DNA of 63,382 nucleotides, the filler included, from Rhabdomonas costata (taxonomy: Eukaryota), in the NCBI GenBank assembly GCA_019059605.1. It is 44 parts of 44 records of this genome, joined end to end, with 100 filler letters (N's around TTAATTAATTAA, not from the genome) between each part and the next. Parts side by side here need not be neighbours in the genome. Positions count along the whole stretch, not along the records: positions 49,061 to 50,402 come from JAHMHO010018790.1; positions 50,503 to 51,845 come from JAHMHO010018791.1; positions 51,946 to 53,288 come from JAHMHO010018792.1; positions 53,389 to 54,730 come from JAHMHO010018793.1; positions 54,831 to 56,172 come from JAHMHO010018794.1; positions 56,273 to 57,615 come from JAHMHO010018795.1; positions 57,716 to 59,056 come from JAHMHO010018796.1; positions 59,157 to 60,498 come from JAHMHO010018797.1; 36 more parts are not named here. One strand, 5' to 3'. The position numbers and the translations under genes were made by a program. Under the pieces are notes generated by a model. The model saw only the letters and a program-made list of their open reading frames with translations. It had not been told where the DNA came from and ran no database searches. Shown one piece after another: positions 49,162 to 62,822 of this stretch (position 1 is the first letter of the stretch; each line of letters begins with the position of its first letter).

Positions 49162-52100
49162 GCAATTTTCACCTCGCCACATCACAGAATGGCACGAACG
49201 GAATGAATCGGAACGTATTCACGACAAATTAGAGTCCAGGGTTGCATCTGCACTGAGGAAGAGATGACCACTACGTTCATACCGCCTCGCGGGCATGATG
49301 CACCAGAACCAAGGCAAGGGACAGCAGAGGAGCAGTGACTGCGCTAGGAAGCTGCGGCGGAAGTTGAGTGGGAAGCAACCGGTGGAACACTGCCTCGAGA
49401 ACCTCCCGGCTGCCCAGCAAGGGCTCCGCCTCCTGCCATAAACCCACAGTTCACGCGCGTGCGCGCGCCACACACACACACACACACACATCTCCCACCC
49501 GGTTGGGGGAAGCGAGAACAAAAAAATAGCGGACATTGGAATTTACAGAGGTTTGGAGCGTGGAGCGTGCAGAAAAATTCCTGACAGAATGGCAGCCTTC
49601 TTTGAAAAGGTTTCCACCTTTTTGTCATTCATTGTGGAGTCTGTAAATTCGCTTGCGCTTTTGCAACAGATTGGGAGAAATTGGGATGCGTATGGATGGA
49701 AAAGGTATGGGTGACAAGCACGAGAGAAAGAAATTATTCGCATTTACTCTGCATGCAGTTGTTATTTGGTGAAACGCGCTATATGTGGCTAATTCTGTCC
49801 CACTGAGTGGCAGTCTCCAGTGCTTCACAGCTGGCTTCTACTCCTGGGACATCAAAGCCCATCCCCCCCCCACACACACACACAAACAGAGGCACAGAGC
49901 CGTACCTCCAGTGCTCGCCGAAAGATCGGAAGAAGCACATGGGTGAGGCAATTCGCCCGGACCTCTGCAGGAGCCGTGGGTATCACGTGCTCGCAGAAGT
50001 GAAGGATCACCTATTGCCACAAAAAAGCCCCCATTCCAGAAGAATATTGACGCTCGTCCGCCCCAGGCCTCTCATACCCATCAGTAGCCATTCGAGTTCA
50101 CAATTCAGCGTCCAAAGTCCGATACCAGATAAATCTGGATACACCCCGCTCCAAGGGGATTTCTGATGTGCATGAACGAATGTTCACTGAAAATCGGGTA
50201 CAGGTAGCAAACGCATCAATCCTTGCCCCTGAAGGTGAAATCTATTGCATAAAGGCAGCCTACCCATGTCAAACCTGCTGCCGGTGTCTCAACGGAAAGC
50301 GGGGGAGCTCGTCAGAGAAGAATCGGGCCACGAAGCGGTAGTCTGCGCAGGACCTAATGGTAGGGAGTCAAAGGGTGGAGCCACGGGGAAGGACACAAAA
50401 AANNNNNNNNNNNNNNNNNNNNNNNNNNNNNNNNNNNNNNNNNNNNTTAATTAATTAANNNNNNNNNNNNNNNNNNNNNNNNNNNNNNNNNNNNNNNNNN
50501 NNGGGGTGGGTGCCGGTAGTGTGTAGCTCCTTGGTCGCCTCAATCAGCAGCTCCATGACGGTACACGTGGCTTCAGAGCCGTCCAGATCGTGCTCCACGT
50601 ACACCTGTCCAGAACAGAGGGTGAACAGCCACGATGGAAGGGGGGGCATTCCTGGGTGACTGGGAGGACGCATCTTATTCCAGTGCTCGAAAGTTGACGA
50701 CATTTTGAGAGACCACCGACCACACAAAGAGAAGGGCTACAGTGCGCAGGCCTTCCGGAAGACCGTCCAGGTTTTGTGTGGCAATCGAGCGCAGTATGGT
50801 TGACGTTACCACGCTGCAAAAGCGACAAAAGGCATTGCAATGCAAAAATAGTGCAAAGTGAAGGGAAAAGAGGTGTCTGCGTGTGTGTAGGGGGTCTTCT
50901 TACGCTGCTCTGACCTCCTAAAAATTGAAGAAAAAATAGGACTCGATCGAAGAGAGATTACCATGACAATCCGCGTGACGCTCGGTATACGCAAAGAAAC
51001 GACAACCATGGAGTAGAAAAGGAAGTAGTGATGACGGATTCAAGAAATTCGTATTCACAGACAGCCGGTTTACTTCCCGACATCCACATAGTTTTCACCG
51101 TGACAGCGAAAAAGTCTACAGGAGAAACGCGGCAGCCCCAGAGGGCCAACATACAATTGAGCGTCGGCCTGGGATAGCACATGACGCCTCCTCAGAAACA
51201 AAGCGCTGTGAAAAGCGTGGGTGGGTAAATTGTACATGAGCACCCACAATGTAGTTCCGAACCAGGATGAGAAAGAGTCAAGGACGCAACAAGTACCAGT
51301 TGAGGCCCACCAAGCCGTACCGGCGAACCAGAAGAAAATGCAGAGTAGCGTTCTGGAGCAGGATATTACACCCGTAGGCCAAGATAAACTCCGCCTTGCA
51401 CAACTCCGTCGCCTCGGCCTCCGCAGCGCCGGTATGGTCATCCACAATGGCCTTACAGAAGTACATTACCTCCTGGCACACCAATGTGGCCTGGGGCTTC
51501 TGGTGTTGTTTCGGGTTGATCGCAGTCACGGCCGGATTGTTGTCCTGTGTCTGGAGCTTTGTTATTGTACAGTGAAGCAGAAGAGCCTGATTTTTTCTGT
51601 GGATCTGACAATTATGAAACTGCGGCCGATCTTCACGGCGTTTTTGCATCATTTGCGGAAGACGATGCGAAGGGTGGCCCGTGCCTTGGCTGTGTTGGTG
51701 CAGGATGCGCGGAAACTGGTTTTGCAACAGCAGCCTGACCATTTGCCCATGTGGCAGCTACAAGCTGGCACCACTGACTTCTAGCAGTGGCTAGAAGTGG
51801 TTTTTGTTTCGCGTTTGTTCGTGACTCCGAATTCAGACAACCGATNNNNNNNNNNNNNNNNNNNNNNNNNNNNNNNNNNNNNNNNNNNNTTAATTAATTA
51901 ANNNNNNNNNNNNNNNNNNNNNNNNNNNNNNNNNNNNNNNNNNNNAGCAATGCATCTGCCGTTTACTGCCACCAGTAAAATAGTTGCCACCACTGGCATT
52001 TGCAGTTCAATTTCACAACTGGAATTTGACTTTAACTGCAACACTTAGGACATTCCTAGCAATTATGTCAATTTCTGGTATCAGTTCATATTTCAGCTAG

Positions 52101-55100
52101 AATTTGCTGCCGCTAGCGTTGTGAGAAACGTTTTGCAAGGCAAAACAAAGCCATAAATCCCACATTTTTATCACCACATTTACATGGGTAGTATGTTAGT
52201 ACGCATTCACTTGACGCCTAGGAATCACATGAATAGGTGCATTTATGACACCAACTATCAAGTGGATTTATGGGCCCTATTACTTAATAACTGATATTTA
52301 TGAGACTTCGTGGTGAACGTGTCGCTCAATTCCAGTCTCAGAACGTGTCTTGGTAACAAACCCAGAAACATAATGCCATGGTAACAATTCCACAGTTTTT
52401 ATTTCAACCAATTGTGCACCGGAATTATTTAAACAGAACCAGTCACTCATCACGCGTGCTGGAAAACTCCTCACTTTTATTCTCGTTATCTTGTGGTCTT
52501 GGAAACCTGCTCACTGCATAGAAAAAACGCTATCGCGGATTGAAAAACGACTCTTTGTCTTGTAAATTGTGAGAACAACACCAAAACCCGCAAATGTGGT
52601 TTTGAGTAGGTCAAAAACATTGTCTGATACCAGATGTGATGTGCGGAGACTTCCGCAAGAATTCATTATTGACACCTTACCATCCTCCGTGTGTTTCTAT
52701 AAATACGGAGCCTATATGGTGAGACTTTTTGCGCTGCTAATTTGCAATGTTACACACTGATATACACTCATCCACAAAAAGATACTCCCAGCGCTAATTG
52801 TGCTCAAACCATCAGCGTCAATTGTAATTTTAACTTTTGAGTTTTGTATTGAGGATAATGACTTTAACTATGTTCTTTTATGGGACTTATGTGCACTTCT
52901 AGAGTGAAAGGAACACAGCCTTAGCGGATTTATGTGAGGTGTGAAACAAATAAAGAATAACCAAACAATTGGGTTACGCAAAGATATTCCAACACTTACA
53001 CACACCTAATTTGAAAGCCAAAGCACAAAAATACCAAATTTATCTTTGATCAATTTCCATTTGTATAAGGCAAATACGCAATAGTAAACGCAGCACAAAT
53101 GTGCAAATGCAATCCCAAAGAAAAGCAAAGACACAAACTTCCAACATTTGCATTGATAAAGTGACAAAACTCGAAATAAAAAGGGGCTTAAAATGGACAA
53201 TAATTCGGTATCTCGTTACCCCCTTCCCCCGCCGGTCAATGTTGGACCCGAAAAAGTGCAGGGCCGGGAGGGACATACTACCACCATANNNNNNNNNNNN
53301 NNNNNNNNNNNNNNNNNNNNNNNNNNNNNNNNTTAATTAATTAANNNNNNNNNNNNNNNNNNNNNNNNNNNNNNNNNNNNNNNNNNNNCGGAGGCCCCAG
53401 TTCATGCGACGTATCGTCCGCTCATCTCAGCATCTGTTTCGCCGGTTGCCGTCAGCGAACTGAACAAGGACTTGGCGGCGCTTTGCGGCAGGGAGCCCGG
53501 GCAAAACCTTCGGGAATATCTAACGCCAAACCTGACCCTCGAAAGGGTTAAACGTATTGGATGTATTTCTGCCCGGCTTCCGGTCGTTCGCCAACCAGTC
53601 GCCAAGGACGCGGCGTGAACCCGGGAAGAGAACATGGCCGACACCAAGTCCGATGAAGGCGCGGCGCCCCACGGGAACAGGGACGCATCCGCTTGATGTT
53701 ATGTTGCGTACCCTTCACCGCAGGATATATTGATGTGAAACGCGATGGGGCAGCCAGCATTTCATCTTGTATGCCAGCGAAGTTCGGTAGAAGGTGGTAC
53801 CAAGTCTGGTATATTAACGCGCTTTCCATAGCATCCACAGCAAATAATGATGAAAACAAATCGAGGGCAAATCCCAGCAATGCACAGAGCAGATCCAGGA
53901 CTGCAGATACTCGGCAAAGTGCCGCGGGTGAGACCTTCTTTGATTTCCCATACCACATGAGAGTACAATAGGAAGAGGATAACCTTTGCCACGATGGTTG
54001 AAAGCACAATGCTCACAGCCTCAGCAAGGGTTGCAAGAGGAAAAAAACTGTACCCAACTTAAAGTTCATTCACTCCCATTGCCACGTATACAACGTTAAA
54101 CAACCTATCACCACGTTGTCCTGACGGGTTGTAGGGTCCACAGCTTGGTACACCGCCAAGACAAGTGCAGTCGCGAGCTCAGTGAGGCGCGAAGGCAGCG
54201 CGCAGAGGCCGTGCTGTTAGACGCACCGACCTGGGGTACGAAAAGAAAGAATGCCGGTGAGTAGCACATCCTACGATTCGGTTTTGTGGGTTGGGATAAT
54301 CACTTCGTATGACTTGGGTCAACGCAGCACCAGGGTACCAAGGGCAGAAAAGGGAATGTATACGAGTGCATCCGAGCTATTGCGACCACATCCTACTCCC
54401 CCAGAAGGAAAGATACCGTCGCCAAGAGCTGTCCCTGCGCAAAGCGCCACTGAACGGGGCGGACCTCGTCACTAAGCGCGCAGGGAATCAGCTTGAGAGC
54501 CATGCTTCTCGAGTCTGTGACCTTTTGATTTTTTATTAGAAGGGTTCGCAGTGGTCCTGCACGTCCTGCTCAGCAGAACTGGTCAACGGGTATTCTTCAC
54601 GTCAGTCGGTCATGTGTCAACTGAGGGTGAAGGCATGCCCGTCACTATGCACGTGTATCGCCCTTGAACGCCCATCTCCCTGCAAATCATTCGTTGAAAC
54701 CCAGCGGACTCGTCCATCGCCATCTAACCCNNNNNNNNNNNNNNNNNNNNNNNNNNNNNNNNNNNNNNNNNNNNTTAATTAATTAANNNNNNNNNNNNNN
54801 NNNNNNNNNNNNNNNNNNNNNNNNNNNNNNGGGGGGTGTTGGGACACGGCGATGAAATGCACTAATCGAAAGTGCAGAAAGTGGGGAAGGGGTTTGTTAG
54901 ACGAGAGGGGAGGGAAAACAACAGGAGACTGTGAGGTAGTTGTATTTGAAGAAACTGGTGGGAAAGTCAGACCAAAGCAGGTCAATTCGTACGGTCATTG
55001 GTTCAGGATTTTTCACGTAATAACAATCCTGTTGCATCCACATCGCAAGGGACAGGTTCACACTTCATAAAACAGCACTATGCTTGTCATTCAGAAAACA

Positions 55101-57485
55101 CCAGAGAAGTGTGCTCGTGTGTACGCATCCGACTAGGCTCCGTAGAGGTCGATAAGTGGAGGATGTGGAGAAATCTGATTGCAAGGGAGGACGACCCCAC
55201 TCTAAATGTCTTCAATTATTACTACATTCCAATCACTATTGTCGGCGCTATCTCATACTGGACGTCCTGCCGTCGGGAGGCAACGCGGCGCAACCCTTCG
55301 GCAAGGCCCTCGTGAACATCCTTTGAGAGACCCAGGTCGGAGCATATCCGTGAGGGGAAACATTAACCACCCTCAGTTCCATCTTCGTACTTAATGGGCA
55401 CGTCCCCTGAGTACGGATGTGACCACATATTTTGGTCGCTGTCGGTCCGGGGACGAGAGTAAAACCAGCGATGTTGCGTGTACCACACGGTCATCCCTGA
55501 TCCACGCAACCTCTACGTCGTCGTCTAACACTGTAGAGGTCCAAATACACGTGCCTTGCGAGCCAAGAGAAATCAACACCGCTGCTACAAGCCAGACCCC
55601 TGCTTGGCGTGGGTAACGATTGAAAGGCACGCAAAGTACGGGTCACCAGGAACCAGTCCTCGGCGTCAGATGGGACAGTATCAAAGTTCCGATTTCACGC
55701 CCTGGGCTCCCCCTTGCGACTTTGCGACGTAGCGATCGCAATGCATGAATCCGAAAGGCGGACAGGTCTGTGTACATCGGTCGCCTAAAGCAACGTGCCC
55801 GAACAAGCAGAGCGAGTGCGGGCACGTCGATGAGTGGAAAACAATGTTCCTCCTGCAAACGTTCTGAACCTCTGATCTAACGGATGGACCAACGCGTCCT
55901 TTTAAATTTGGCGAAGGCGCGCAGCTGACATAAAGGAGCTTTAAGAATAGCGCTTTCAAAGTGAAACTATGTGAGATTCTCCCCCTATATTTCAACATGA
56001 AAAATCGACTTGCTCTATTTACAAGAGGCATCACAACAACAACGGCAGTTCAACCAGCTCAGCAAAGAGTGGGACTTCTCAGCCACCCCTTGGTGATGGT
56101 TCACCTTTTCCTGCGCAAAACAAAGTGTCCCCCCACTGCCAACATTAGCCGATGCAGGTGAAGGTGGAATTTNNNNNNNNNNNNNNNNNNNNNNNNNNNN
56201 NNNNNNNNNNNNNNNNTTAATTAATTAANNNNNNNNNNNNNNNNNNNNNNNNNNNNNNNNNNNNNNNNNNNNGTGCAGCTGCGTGTGCGCAGAAACCAAA
56301 TGTCAATGAGGAGTTGGCCCGTACTTGGAAGGGAGTTGGCCACCCACAGAACCCTTTTCCCGGCCAGAGTGTCTCATGGAGAGTCTCATCCACAACTTTC
56401 CGCCCACCTCACAAGCTACGCATTCCTCCTGCACCCACGCTCCCTGTATCCCTGCCTTGTGGCATCGATTGTCTTCTCTCTGATGCTCCAGCCCAGACTG
56501 AAGATTTCATTTGAAATTTAGATTTTAGGAAAGGGAAACAACCTATTATCCCCTCAACATTTCTCTTCAAAAATATGGGGGGGGAAGACGTTTGACTTCA
56601 ATACAATGTTCAGTTTTTTATATTCAGCGGCAAGGATGCGTCACAGAATATGATAAACAAGGCTGACAACTCCTAACGTTGGTAATAAAATCCTAAAGTT
56701 TGTCCCAAGTCCTCAAGTTTAAACAAAAGTATTGCAAAAAAACATTTTTGTTTCTGTAATTTAGCAAAAAAATTTTTTGATAAATGTAATTAATGTTTTT
56801 CAAGGATCCTGTTTCTAATTGTTGAGCGCTCAGTATTCGGATTGTGACGCCCAGGCGTTGTCCGATTTCCTATGGTATTGGTGCTCATAATAATTGAAGA
56901 CTCCAAGAAGATAGGAACGTAAAATGTTGATTTTGTTTACTGTCCTTTCCTTCGGAAACTTTTGTTTTCTCCCCGCAAGCACAAGAGAACAGCACAAAAG
57001 CACGTCCACGGGAACACAGAAGGGAAAACTGAAGGTAACAGAAATGGTCCGGGACGCGAGTGGGAGGGCGTGACCTCCAGCACCCCGCCAGAAACCAGAC
57101 AGCTGGTGAGCATGTCTGTGGCAGGTGGGCCCGTTGGCGTTTCACATTGTCTGCGCGGAGACTACGGGTCTTGGGAACCTCTGCGCGGGATGTAATCTAT
57201 GGGTTGGCCCAGCTCCAGTCCATGCGCTGCGGGCACCTCCGTGGCGTTGTCGTTAACGTAGATGGTGATGTTGCCTGTCGGTTCCTTAACTCCTCAACAA
57301 CAATAAGGGCGCCTCGGTTCTGTTTAACTCCAACGCCATTAAACCGCAAAACGGTAGCTTTTGCGGTGCTGACCGGATGATCGAGCTCGATAGCAAAAGC
57401 TACCGATGGGAGTTCAGCTCGGTGGCGTTCACTCCAACCGAGAGGGCCTATAACGGATTCACGGTACGTTTAACCAGCAACTTCC

Positions 57486-57570
57486 TATAAAAAGGGACAC
57501 CACGTTGTTTGCACTGCACCCCCTTCTTCCTCTTCTCCTCAGTTTCTTCTTGTCCAGTGCCCGCCAAACA
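57486..57570 (+). promoter_or_regulatory. TATA box, pyrimidine tract and AG acceptor upstream of an ATG (putative outron / trans-splice site)
   Basis: TATAAAAA at 57486, a long C/T tract, CAG ending at 57557 and ATG at 57571. Confidence 0.5.
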
Positions 57571-57615
57571 ATGTCTCTGGTTTATGGTGCTGGCTACAGT
57601 GGCCTGGGTTACAGC
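57571..57615 (+). CDS. Start of a Gly/Tyr/Ser-rich protein (truncated)
   Basis: MSLVYGAGYSGLGYS in an ACAATG context, cut by the contig end. Confidence 0.45.
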
Positions 57616-59443
57616 NNNNNNNNNNNNNNNNNNNNNNNNNNNNNNNNNNNNNNNNNNNNTTAATTAATTAANNNNNNNNNNNNNNNNNNNNNNNNNNNNN
57701 NNNNNNNNNNNNNNNTAAAAAAAAAAAAGTGTACACGAAATCAGGCGTTTGACTTGGATGCTAAACCCGGTGGGGGGAGCAACTAGATTCCACTGCACAT
57801 CGGTTGTGCTTACTGATGTTTTACCTCCTTCTGTTGCCATTACTGGTGACACGGGCTAATTATGAATGAATTCTGTATTCTGTATTCTATGAATGTATGG
57901 CACAACTGCCGCAGTGACCCTTTCCTCTCTCTGATAAAGCATTATTGGACGTTTTTTTGATGGTATATTTTATTCTTCTTGCAGATAGTTTGGGATCGAT
58001 CCGTGTGTCCCCCAGGGCAGGAAGTTCTCGCTGGTGGTTAGGGAGATGCTATCTCTTAATAAAGGGTCAGTGCGGTAGTTATGCCGGATTGTATTCCTTA
58101 GATGATGTTGTATGAAAAGAGGTTGATCGCAGGCCTGCATTGGCTCAGCAATGTTGGGGTGGTATTGATATTTTTAATGGAGATCCTCCCAAAAGCCCTC
58201 GTGCCGTGAAGAGCTGTGTTCGTGGGCGTGATCCCGGTTGAATGACACCGAGGAGGTGAAAGAGTTTACGACAGTATTTTTCGATGTTTTGGCCCTTTCC
58301 GCTGGACTAAAAGGGTATTTTCCTGCACACATGACGTGAGTTTGATGCGGCATTTACATATGATTTACAGCGGTTTTTTTTTTGCCTTCCAAACTTGGTA
58401 ATTGTCCAAGTCAAGCGCAAAAAATGTTGTTGACCAAATGTTAATGTTGATGTCAAAAATTGATTGTTGAGGGTTACAAAAAGCTTTGATGCAAAAAATT
58501 TTATTGGAAAGAAATGGCCCTGATTGTGAGGTTTGTGACCTATTCGCACGCCCTTTTCTTACGTGGTTTTCGTCCCTCATGTACTTGGGAGGAAGCGAGG
58601 AAGGCTTGTTCGTGTTGGTGGGTTGGTGGAATGCTTCTAACGTTGTGTATGTGGTGTGGGCGGAGGAAAGTGAATTTTCCTCCCTCGTGGCAGGGAAGGG
58701 CCCAAGTGGTCGGATGTGGTACCTCCGGGCCACAACTGGTGGGCTACACCACGGCACTGACGACGGATCATCAGACTGTGGGGCTTGCCTTGGTCGACTC
58801 CCTGGCCGACACTGCGAATGGAGTGCTTCATCAGCTGTGTCATCTGGCCAATGACACCACGGCGGAGAGCAACACTAGCCTTCTCGTCGTTGTCAGGCCA
58901 GACTTTGTGCCCTACCTCACCTCTTCAGACGTATGCCCCCAATTCCAATTTCAATAAGAACAACGCTTGGGCTCTCCGTGGTAAGGAGACCTGAGGATCC
59001 CTGGTCAGAAAGGGAGTTGCAACCGAGCAGCAAATGCAGACTGGGCGAACGTAGAGNNNNNNNNNNNNNNNNNNNNNNNNNNNNNNNNNNNNNNNNNNNN
59101 TTAATTAATTAANNNNNNNNNNNNNNNNNNNNNNNNNNNNNNNNNNNNNNNNNNNNTTGAGGTCTTTGGGTTATGTGGATTGTTTCGGTATTCGAATGGT
59201 GATGGGTGGTGGTCATCTTGGGTTCAGGCATTCAGTCTAGGTACAGGTTCGATGTGAGGTGTTGGCATTCTTGTGGTTCTTGTATATGTGGATCTGGAAC
59301 AAATGCGGATAACTCGGTGATGTCATCCTCTTTTTTATGACTTGGAAATTGTACGGAAACGCCGCAACAGCAGCCATTAATGATGAACTGTAGAGTTTTA
59401 GCGGATGGCTGGGTTTTGCTGTCCGTTTTCATTCGCCACGCAG

Positions 59444-60490
59444 GAATTATGGCGTGGGGCAGCTCTGCCGCCTCAGCTGCGCCGCCGCGAAAGATATTTT
59501 GGGAGACCTACTCCTCGGAAAGCCGTACTATGTGAAGGTTTGCAGCTTTTGCCTTTCCTTGCAAATTCCAGGTGCTCGATACGTGTCGGTGCTCCACGCT
59601 TGCTGCCCCCACAACCGATATTTTATGCTGGGTTCCATCTTCTTCTTCTGCTCGCTGGACACCTGGACACCGCATCCTTTTCGTTTCCAACGGCGCACCA
59701 CAGTATGGTCTGTCTCTTCACCTTTTAGGGTTTTCGTCATGTGCGTCGATAATAGCTGGACTCAAATCTCGAAATAAGTTTTCTGCTTCCACTTTGACTT
59801 CTTTCTGCTTTACTGAACAGATCTACGGGCAGCCCGGGGAGTGGGGCATGCTGTGCACTCCGGAGTGCCAGGAGGGCTACGGTGGGTTTGTCTCCAAGTC
59901 GCCGCGCGGAGGCTGGGAGAACGCCGTGCTGGCTCGGTGTGGCAGCGTTGTTCCCCACAGCCCACAACCCCCCTCCCTCCAGGTTGTTCGCCGGATGGTC
60001 GATGCCTGGGTGTTGCCTCACGTCATCGTCTCCTTCCTTTTTTGACCCCTTTGAAGTGTCCAAGGTCGTGATCGACTCATAAATGTCTCATGTATCAGCG
60101 ATGCAGAGGGATGTTTTCATGTATCCATGTCAAGCCTCCTTTTTCAAACTCTCTGGATCCAGGCTTCAAAAGCGTTATATGCAGTCGGTTTCTGTCCCTC
60201 GTCCCAACAAAAGAACGATTCAAAATAAGGGACACACCTTTCCCCTTTCCTCACTGTGCTACTCACGTCCACCGACTCAAGGCAGGAGCTCTTCACCCGG
60301 TCATCACGACTGCCTCATGGCTATACCGGCTGGGGTGCAGCACTGCTCGCCTGAATGAGTTCGCACCCTAACTTTTTTCCCCTTTCTTCCTTCCTTTGCT
60401 TGCTCGTAGCCCCATCTCCCCTGCGTTTCCGGATCTCTCACCCACACGCAGCCTGGGGCTGACGATCATGCTCTACCGGCCATATGCCAC
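59444..60490 (+). CDS. Unidentified Cys-containing protein, three short exons
   Basis: AG/GT-bounded GC-rich exons ~59444-59537, 59821-59936 and ~60452 onward read in frame (LLLGKPYYVK|IYGQPGEWGMLCTPEC...WENAVLAR|LGLTIMLY). Confidence 0.45.
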
Positions 60491-62685
60491 CCAAAACCNN
60501 NNNNNNNNNNNNNNNNNNNNNNNNNNNNNNNNNNNNNNNNNNTTAATTAATTAANNNNNNNNNNNNNNNNNNNNNNNNNNNNNNNNNNNNNNNNNNNNGG
60601 GGGTTGTGAAATCATTTCTCCAGAATCTCCACTCACTCACTCAGGCCAAAAACGTGTGTTCTGAGTCAACGGTGTAACGTGCCATATTTCCTGGGGGCAG
60701 CGACTTCAGCGAGCTCTGACTAAGGTGCCGAAGGCTTTATTTACAACCTAGAGATGGCGTTGAAATAGGGAGTGTTCCCCAACGATATCCAGAATCTGAT
60801 GGAGTGGTGCCTATTTTGGTGTTTATAGATGGATTCAAAACCCTCAGACAAGCCATATTTTGCAGGCAACGGATGAGGGCGGGCCTCATCGTTCTTTCGG
60901 TGGTTGGGGTGACCAACATAGAGGAAAGATAGTCGGGAGAAATGACCAACAAAACGGGAAAACCCAATTTCAAGTGAAGTTGTAATATCGTCATATGACA
61001 ACGTATAACGCCTGCACCCGGCCCCAAAAAAGTCCCGCAGACCGACCATACGAGATGGCAGACATTCCAGCGCACCAAATCAAGGGTTTAAGACGCGCTT
61101 CTCATATCCAGCACGTGCCAAGTTGCACCAACCTTTAACCAAAGGGGAGGTGTCCTCACCTCTCCACGAGAAACTAATTTTTGGTTTAGGTAACCGAGAC
61201 AGTGTGCATGTTTGGTGAAGAAAGAGGTCTGAAACAGATGAGGAGAACACGTCCCATTCATATCAAAAATTAAGACCCGAGGGGCTTCAGTCGCAGCCCC
61301 ATGGCCCCAAGCGCGAATTATTGAATTGTTGTATAAAAAGTCTTGCAGAGTGCATTTTTGTATGAAAACTCTTTCAAAATTCTTAGATACTTTCGCCAGA
61401 TTTTATGCTTTGACTTGGGGACTTTCGCCAGAGTTGCTGGGACCAAAAAGGTCGCTTTCGTTTCTATTAACTGTCGCCTGTAAAATGAAACGGACAATAC
61501 CACAGAAATACGTGCCATTCATTCATGCTGTGCGGGTGGAATACCTAACACCAGCACAACAAACTCGATAGCACAACAGAAACAGGAAACGGCAGCAGAG
61601 CGGGTCTGGGGATCTAATTCCCCCATCAATACCAGAGGCAACAAGCGAAGCATCAAATGCGTCTGTCAAACGTGTATTTGGCCTTTTGCCAAGACCCCAG
61701 GCGAAAGATCAACCCAGAGGTGGATATAAAATGAAGAAAGCCAACATGCCTGACATGCAGTTGCCCATTTCCCAAACCAGAAACGGGATGAAGATGCACG
61801 AGAAAGAGCATTGCCCCATATTACAAACACAATTGCGCACAAAACCATGTGCGGCAGACCACAGATCGTCTGCCAAAAAAAACCCCACGTTCATGTAAGC
61901 ACTCATGCCAACTCATGCATCCCCTAAATATATCACACCCNNNNNNNNNNNNNNNNNNNNNNNNNNNNNNNNNNNNNNNNNNNNTTAATTAATTAANNNN
62001 NNNNNNNNNNNNNNNNNNNNNNNNNNNNNNNNNNNNNNNNGTGGTGGGTGTGTGTGGGTGTTTTGGGGGGAGGAGGACACAGCTACCCTCACACCTTTCC
62101 AGCAGCGCGCAAGGGCGGTTTCTTTCTGAAAAAAGAGTCCTCCTCCCTCCAAAACCGTCCAGCAGACGCGCAGAGTGCACGTCTGTTTGCACTTCCCACT
62201 TCAATTGCCTTTTGTGCGTTGCTTTGGAGACACCTCTTTGAGGAGTGCTGTTGGTGCCATGGATCCCCCGTCAGACAGGGGAAAAACGCATCACTATTCC
62301 AGGTCCTCTTCCCCAACTAAGTTTCCCTAACCCTAACCACTATTCACTGAACCCACTCTTCACTGGGCAACGACCTTTCAGGCTTGACACTCCATCCTAA
62401 GCCTCAGAGTACTGGCCCACCCAACCCAACACAATAGTCGGGGGGAGGAGCCACGGGAGCAGCCGTTGCTTAGGTTTCGATCCCGACCGCCAGCGCGGTC
62501 TCATCCTGTGGCGGAGGGGAATGGGTCCGATAAAACCAACATGGATCCCTTTCTCACGCTCCAGGGGTGAAATTGCAGCACCGGAAGGTTTCGCTTTCGA
62601 GGGCCCTCCTCACAGGAAATAAACATAGAGAAAAAAGAGAAGAAGCGAGAGGGGAGAGGTGCAGAGAGAAAGAGAAAGGACAAAC

Positions 62686-62822
62686 CTTCAGCAGGCTCTC
62701 GATGAAGCTCTTCGCCTCGGGGCTGACCTTCTCCCACAGCGCGGGCGGGTTCCACGCGAAGTTCCCCTTTAGGGATTTGAGCATGATGTGCTCCTCCGTG
62801 GACCCATAGAACGGAAGCCGCC
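62686..62822 (-). CDS. CAMK/CDPK-type protein kinase exon (subdomains IX-XI)
   Basis: GRLPFYGSTEEHIM...GNFAW....WEKVSPEAKSFIESLLK, with AG and GT borders. Confidence 0.85.

Noticed and set aside
51946-53288. Moderately AT-rich contig as a further viral fragment
   Set aside because: It has no long ORFs or viral gene motifs and looks like host intergenic or intronic DNA.
1344-62040. Regularly spaced TTAATTAATTAA palindromes as a CRISPR-like or periodic biological array
   Set aside because: Each is embedded in N-runs and is a six-frame stop linker added during concatenation. ORFs ending in XXX/LIN are artefacts.
62323-62338. CCCTAACCCTAACC as a telomere
   Set aside because: Only about two units, internal to the contig.
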